From a virus, in IMG/VR virus record IMGVR_UViG_3300045988_109839, positions 1 to 45,289 of that record: DNA of 45,289 nucleotides; one strand, 5' to 3'. Below are positions 42,660 to 45,289 of the stretch, in pieces. Position numbers and translations under genes: made by a program. Every line of letters begins with the position of its first letter. Positions within the stretch are counted from its first letter, which is position 1. The notes under the pieces were generated by a model. It worked only from the letters and a program-made list of their open reading frames with translations, had not been told where the DNA came from and did not search any database.

Positions 42660-43211
42660 TTATCTCCTCATCTGAGGAAAATTAGCATAAAATTTTTGTT
42701 TGTCTGCATACATTGCTTTTTCGGCATATGCTGTGATTTCTGCAATATCCGAGAAGACACCAGCAGAGTAGCCTAAGGCAGCTAGGGGAGGGTTGTCTTT
42801 ATTCCATAGGGATTTATGGAAAGACAATACACTTCCAAGGAACTCATGAATTTTAATATCAAACCCAGCTACTATAAACTCATCACCTGATATATGATAA
42901 CAGTTATAAACAGGGGAGATAAAGGTCTCCTTAAGCTTAGCTGCAAAGTCCTTTATCAGCTTATCCCCTGCACTGTGTCCAAAGTGGTCATTGGTATATT
43001 TCAGACCATTGATGTCTGCGAAAAGGATACCAACGAAACCAAAGTGATTAGTGGTACTGTCACGCTCAAAGGCTTGCTTATTGTACAGTCCGGTGAGAGC
43101 ATCACGCATAGCGCCCTGCTCATAGATACGAGTTATGTCCGCTAAAAGTTGGGCATAGCTATTTTTAAACTGTTGCTGTATTTCACGTTGAATATCAGCA
43201 CTTAATTCCAT
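42660..43211 (-). CDS. Stand-alone GGDEF-domain nucleotide cyclase (putative diguanylate cyclase; SGDEF active-site variant, no I-site)
   Basis: DALTGLYNKQAF, FADINGLKYTNDHFGHSAGD, HISGDEFIV (encoded at 42877-42891) and AEKAMYADK are collinear with the GGDEF-domain consensus. Only about 35 aa of N-terminal helix are present, with no sensor domain. No RxxD lies 5 residues upstream of SGDEF. Confidence 0.8.
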   Translation of the reverse strand: MELSADIQREIQQQFKNSYAQLLADITRIYEQGAMRDALTGLYNKQAFERDSTTNHFGFVGILFADINGLKYTNDHFGHSAGDKLIKDFAAKLKETFISPVYNCYHISGDEFIVAGFDIKIHEFLGSVLSFHKSLWNKDNPPLAALGYSAGVFSDIAEITAYAEKAMYADKQKFYANFPQMRR

Positions 43212-43303
43212 GGGACAGAACTCCTTTCATTGTCCGTGCAAAGCAACAATGGATAGGTATGAAGTTAGTAGCTGTACATTGGAATCACCTTCTGAAAGTG
43301 GAA

Positions 43304-43696
43304 CTACTTAAACCAAGATTCAATAGGAGGTATAAGTATATAAATCAAGATAAGTAATAAGGTGGAGACATCCACAACATAGAAGCATTTTTGACGTTTC
43401 CATGTTCCATATTTCCAACAAGAATGAGTGAATGGTACCACAAGCTCATTTAATATGAAGTACAGGGGATAGGCGAGTATAGCATTAAAGTTACCAAAGA
43501 GGATACCACCCCATATAAGTAATGGGATTCTTTTTCGATACCTTTCAATGGCAAAAGCAAGCCCCTCACTAAATGTTTGCTGCTCAGGTGCTGCATACTT
43601 CCAACCATGTGCTTTTAAATGATTTTCAAGAGCAGTTTCGCCCCACAGTTCATCAAATGTTTTATGACCATTTGGTCTATCACTCATACACATCAC
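43304..43696 (-). CDS. Small membrane protein (about 127-130 aa), hypothetical; first gene of the moron cassette
   Basis: About 55 aa of soluble N-terminus, then two hydrophobic segments (IPLLIWGGILFGNFNAILAYPLYFIL and VSTLLLILIYILIPPI). The likely start is the third ATG, at 43687, 8 nt after GAGG. Confidence 0.5.
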   Translation of the reverse strand: MMCMSDRPNGHKTFDELWGETALENHLKAHGWKYAAPEQQTFSEGLAFAIERYRKRIPLLIWGGILFGNFNAILAYPLYFILNELVVPFTHSCWKYGTWKRQKCFYVVDVSTLLLILIYILIPPIESWFK

Positions 43697-43707
43697 CTCT
43701 TACCCTC

Positions 43708-43745
43708 ATTATATCATATTATTCAGATGCTTGTATATACTTCTG
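43708..43745 (-). promoter_or_regulatory. Candidate host-type promoter with an extended -10 (TGATATAAT) driving the membrane-protein/GGDEF cassette
   Basis: Minus strand: TATACA-18 nt-TATAAT, preceded by TGa. This is the same extended -10 sequence as the RHH promoter. It is embedded in the gp16-like remnant. Confidence 0.4.
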
Positions 43746-43850
43746 ATTAAGGTACTTTTTGTTAGGAGTTCTGTAAATATTGTTGCGCAGTTTTATGAGC
43801 TTATCAATATTAGCACGCTTCTCTGCACCATTGGTCGGAAGGTAGAAGGG
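43719..43850 (-). pseudogene. Remnant of a second copy of the gp16-like gene 3' end
   Basis: It translates as ...NGAEKRANIDKLIKLRNNIYRTPNKKYLNQKYIQASE*. The intact gene ends ...DADTKRAKLDELNKKQNSIFRTANKKYLNYKYIQAPK*. DNA similarity extends over about 43722-43830 versus about 84-195. Confidence 0.8.
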
Positions 43851-44018
43851 TTATTTTCCTTTTAAGCCTTTATACACCAAAAGAAGGAAGGTGACAATCA
43901 CAGCAAAGAAGCTCCACGTAACCTGTCCTGCGAAACCTCCTCCATTGATATAGCGACATATCATAGAAAATACTAACATAAACAAGCTTATTAGAAAAGC
44001 TTTTGTCATTGTTGACAT
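43851..44018 (-). CDS. Small membrane protein (55 aa)
   Basis: Not in the ORF track. RBS GGGAGGG lies upstream of the ATG. MSTMTKAFLISLFMLVFSMICRY...WSFFAVIVTFLLLVY contains two TM helices. Confidence 0.45.
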   Translation of the reverse strand: MSTMTKAFLISLFMLVFSMICRYINGGGFAGQVTWSFFAVIVTFLLLVYKGLKGK

Positions 44019-44064
44019 AATAAATACCCTCCCTTATCTTTGTATAAATTCACCTAAATTATAA

Positions 44065-44077
44065 CATTTATTTAGGT
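44065..44077. repeat. 13-bp target-site duplication of the IS element (second copy at 76-88)
   Basis: catttatttaggt directly abuts both inverted-repeat ends. Confidence 0.8.
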
Positions 44078-45289
44078 GGTAGATTGCAAGTGCAAATTGA
44101 ACAAGATTTATCAAGCAACTATATCAGTAGAATACACCTTATCAAGAAAAGTGTCGAACAGTTCATCAGGTCTGTAGTAGCCTAGAGATTTGCGTGGTCG
44201 AGCATTCATCTTATCGGCCATGCGCAGTATCTCGTCCGCTGAATATTCGTCAACAGATTTACCTTTCGGCAGGTACTGACGCAACATCTCGTTGTGACGT
44301 TCGTTCTGTGGGCGTTCCCATGAGGAGAACGGATGCGCAAAGTATATCTTCGTCCCGTAGCGTTCCTCGTACTTATTGAAGTCTTGAAACTCGGCACCAT
44401 TGTCAGCGGTAATGCTTTTAAATACAGCGCTAAACCGCTTGCCGTATAGCCGTCGTAGCTGTGCCATAGCCTCCTGTACTCCTTTTGTGGTGCGTCCGGA
44501 TATCTTTATGGCGATGTACTTATGCGTAACCATCTCTACTAGAGTGAATACGCATGATTCCTTGCCCTCACGGTGACCAATGACAGTGTCAGCTTCCCAG
44601 TGACCTATCTCGAGCCGCTCAGCGATTTTCTTTGGACGTTGGTCGATGCTAGTGCCGCGTAACCGCTTATGCTTGCGTGTCCAGTTGCGATGCTTCTTAC
44701 GGTTCAGCAGTTGTGGCACATCAAAGACGGTAAATGGTAGCTTGCTGCGATGTAGCATGTTGTAGATGCTCTTGGTGCATAGTATCTGATTAGGCGCATA
44801 GCGAGACTCCAACTTAACCCTGCCGATGAACTCATCAATAGAGGCGGTCTCATCCCTGACGGCGGTGCTCAACTCTTGGATGAACGCTTCGGCAACGGTA
44901 GTGGCTAACTTTAACGGCCTGCGGCAGTTCTTGCGATGCTCTTCATAAGCAGCTTGACCGCGCTTGGCGGTGTATACTGGCTGACGTCCTCTAGCGCTCT
45001 TCTTGACCGGTGTACCTCGGCGCAGCTCATAATATACCGTGGTATGAGCACAGCCTACGTACTCGGCAATAGCACGAAGCGTTAGACCTTGACTATGTAG
45101 CACTTGAATCATGCCACGTTCTTCTTGGATTAGATGTTTTCCTCGTTTACGTTTTTCTTGAATTGTGATAGAATTAGTTTGATCCATAGTAGGCTCCTTT
45201 GAATTATACTAGCAAACTAATTCTAACATAGGATGTCCACTGTGGATTTTTTATTTTATTTTTTGTTCAAGTTGATTATACAATCTACC
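44078..45289 (-). mobile_element. IS30-family insertion sequence (1212 bp)
   Basis: 27-bp imperfect terminal inverted repeats (ggtagattgcaagtgcaaattgaacaa versus ggtagattgtataatcaacttgaacaa, 21 of 27 identical). It holds a single DDE transposase ORF, is flanked by a 13-bp direct repeat, and looks visibly more G+C-rich than the flanking phage DNA. Confidence 0.88.
44111..45187 (-). CDS. IS30-family DDE transposase
   Basis: 358 aa. N-terminal HTH (GLTLRAIAEYVGCAHTTVYYELRRG). HWEADTV..., ITADNGAEF and ERPQNERHNEMLRQYLPKG are IS30-type D, D and E regions. tataat and AAAGGAG lie upstream. Confidence 0.92.
   Translation of the reverse strand: MDQTNSITIQEKRKRGKHLIQEERGMIQVLHSQGLTLRAIAEYVGCAHTTVYYELRRGTPVKKSARGRQPVYTAKRGQAAYEEHRKNCRRPLKLATTVAEAFIQELSTAVRDETASIDEFIGRVKLESRYAPNQILCTKSIYNMLHRSKLPFTVFDVPQLLNRKKHRNWTRKHKRLRGTSIDQRPKKIAERLEIGHWEADTVIGHREGKESCVFTLVEMVTHKYIAIKISGRTTKGVQEAMAQLRRLYGKRFSAVFKSITADNGAEFQDFNKYEERYGTKIYFAHPFSSWERPQNERHNEMLRQYLPKGKSVDEYSADEILRMADKMNARPRKSLGYYRPDELFDTFLDKVYSTDIVA

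Noticed and set aside
43304-43696. RYRKR in the 130-aa membrane protein as a PilZ-type RxxxR c-di-GMP binding motif.
   Set aside because: The second PilZ element, (D/N)xSxxG, is absent at the expected distance, and an Arg-rich juxtamembrane stretch is common in membrane proteins. It is not evidence of c-di-GMP binding.
19-45289. Many plus-strand ORFs of 60-290 aa in the six-frame track, for example 107-478, 3428-3871, 7996-8598, 10974-11843, 27253-27936, 36378-36992 and 41314-41754.
   Set aside because: They lie antisense to, or out of frame within, long minus-strand genes that carry clear family motifs. They lack Shine-Dalgarno sequences and have low-complexity, Ser/Leu/Cys/Ile-rich compositions typical of antisense reading. 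Only 30202-30390 and 30885-32039 are credible plus-strand genes.
1-45289. tRNA, rRNA or tmRNA genes.
   Set aside because: I found no stretch with recognisable tRNA T-arm and acceptor features (GGTTCGAATCC-type) in the few non-coding regions. This is a by-eye negative and should be confirmed with tRNAscan-SE or ARAGORN.

Overview
This window is a complete, circularly closed phage genome. Bases 1-75 are identical to 45215-45289, so the unique length is 45,214 bp. Almost all genes lie on the minus strand in T7-like order. Reading right to left from about 33.4 kb: a repeat-rich probable genome-end region, small membrane proteins, and a plus-strand lysogeny module (RHH regulator and tyrosine integrase, with a minus-strand Xis-like HTH gene beside it). 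Next come small early genes, then a single-subunit T7-type RNA polymerase. The DNA-metabolism block follows: DUF3310, dUTPase, gp2.5-like SSB, endonuclease I, a lysozyme-like protein, gp4-like primase-helicase, family A DNA polymerase, methyltransferase-like protein, 3D-domain protein, ThyX and a 5'-3' exonuclease. The structural block follows: portal, scaffold, capsid, tail tubular A and B, and three or four internal core proteins. Across the circular junction come an accessory island, the tail fibre, the lysis genes, NrdD and the terminase. Strong AGGAGG ribosome-binding sites, nrdD and thyX suggest an anaerobic Gram-positive host; this is inference. Six points stand out. (1) A self-contained moron between the gp16-like and tail-fibre genes has its own promoter and terminator and encodes a stand-alone SGDEF (GGDEF-family) nucleotide cyclase and a small membrane protein; a second small membrane-protein gene lies just upstream. 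(2) A group I intron carrying an Endo VII/HNH-type endonuclease splits the DNA polymerase inside motif B, and P1, P10 and the terminal G are readable in the sequence. (3) A lysogeny switch sits in an otherwise T7-like genome. (4) An IS30-family element is inserted with a 13-bp target duplication next to a remnant copy of the gp16-like 3' end. (5) A 5-copy conserved motif, possibly a phage-RNAP promoter, is arranged with AT-rich palindromes much like the T7 replication promoters. (6) A T7-lysozyme homologue lacks the catalytic residues. All functional calls rest on motifs I recognised by eye, synteny and sequence inspection. No database search was run.
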